64,000 nucleotides of DNA from positions 1-64,000 of the forward strand of contig CAWBHS010000008.1 in assembly GCA_963788655.1 (NCBI GenBank), written 5' to 3'. Below the pieces are notes generated by a model. That model did no database searches and was not told the DNA's origin. It worked only from the letters and a program-made list of their open reading frames with translations. The position numbers and the translations under genes were made by a program. This document shows positions 63,881 to 64,000 of this stretch, one piece after another. The stretch's first letter is position 1. Every line of letters starts with the position of its first letter. The stretch comes from an uncultured Verrucomicrobiae bacterium (GTDB taxonomy: Bacteria > Verrucomicrobiota > Verrucomicrobiia > Limisphaerales > JAFGQR01).

Positions 63881-64000
63881 TCACCGTTGCCGGAAGGTGA
63901 TGCGCGCTTTGGTCAGATCATAGGGGGTTAATTGGACTTCCACTTTGTCGCCCACGCTGATCCGGATGAAATGCTTCCGCATCTTTCCGGAGATATGGGA
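63881..64000 (-). CDS. infA: Translation initiation factor IF-1 (3' part; 5' end beyond window)
   Basis: Manual translation '[38 protein letters not shown]'. Confidence 0.95.
   Translation of the reverse strand, partial: SHISGKMRKHFIRISVGDKVEVQLTPYDLTKARITFRQR

Overview
GC-rich bacterial chromosome segment. Gene content and repeat style suggest Verrucomicrobiota/PVC, which is an inference. It looks like an imperfect long-read consensus: many otherwise intact genes, including gatA, carry single-base frameshifts. Layout: (1) 1-22.9 kb holds giant secreted proteins: a Kelch + (Ig-LamG)n adhesin-like gene running off the left edge, a 1281-aa unknown secreted protein, a sulfatase, and a ~2900-aa lamin-tail/CotH-kinase protein. 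Two of these share a C-terminal 'Y..S..L..W...F[FY]R[LV]' module. (2) 23-33.7 kb holds mixed genes: DUF362, MalK, TPR, a CopA-like ATPase plus an EgtD-like methyltransferase, and an SGNH esterase. (3) 33.7-50.3 kb is a glycan-utilisation cluster: MFS sugar porter, GH32, GH95, GH51, GH127, M60 peptidase and a Gfo oxidoreductase, plus a fructokinase/GH29 deletion scar. (4) 50.4-55.8 kb is a decayed restriction-modification islet beside tRNA-Arg(CCG). Its hsdM is split by a ~3.4-kb TGT...ACA element encoding a Zn-finger ORF, a Mu-like DDE transposase, an ExeA-like AAA+ ATPase and a coupled fourth ORF that resembles phage replisome-organizer/DnaD-like C-terminal domains. This is the most novel-looking item. 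(5) 55.8-64 kb is core: gatA, gatC, tRNA-Lys, a DegT aminotransferase, an M48 peptidase, rpoN and infA. Several REP/MITE families fill the intergenic gaps. No CRISPR array was seen.
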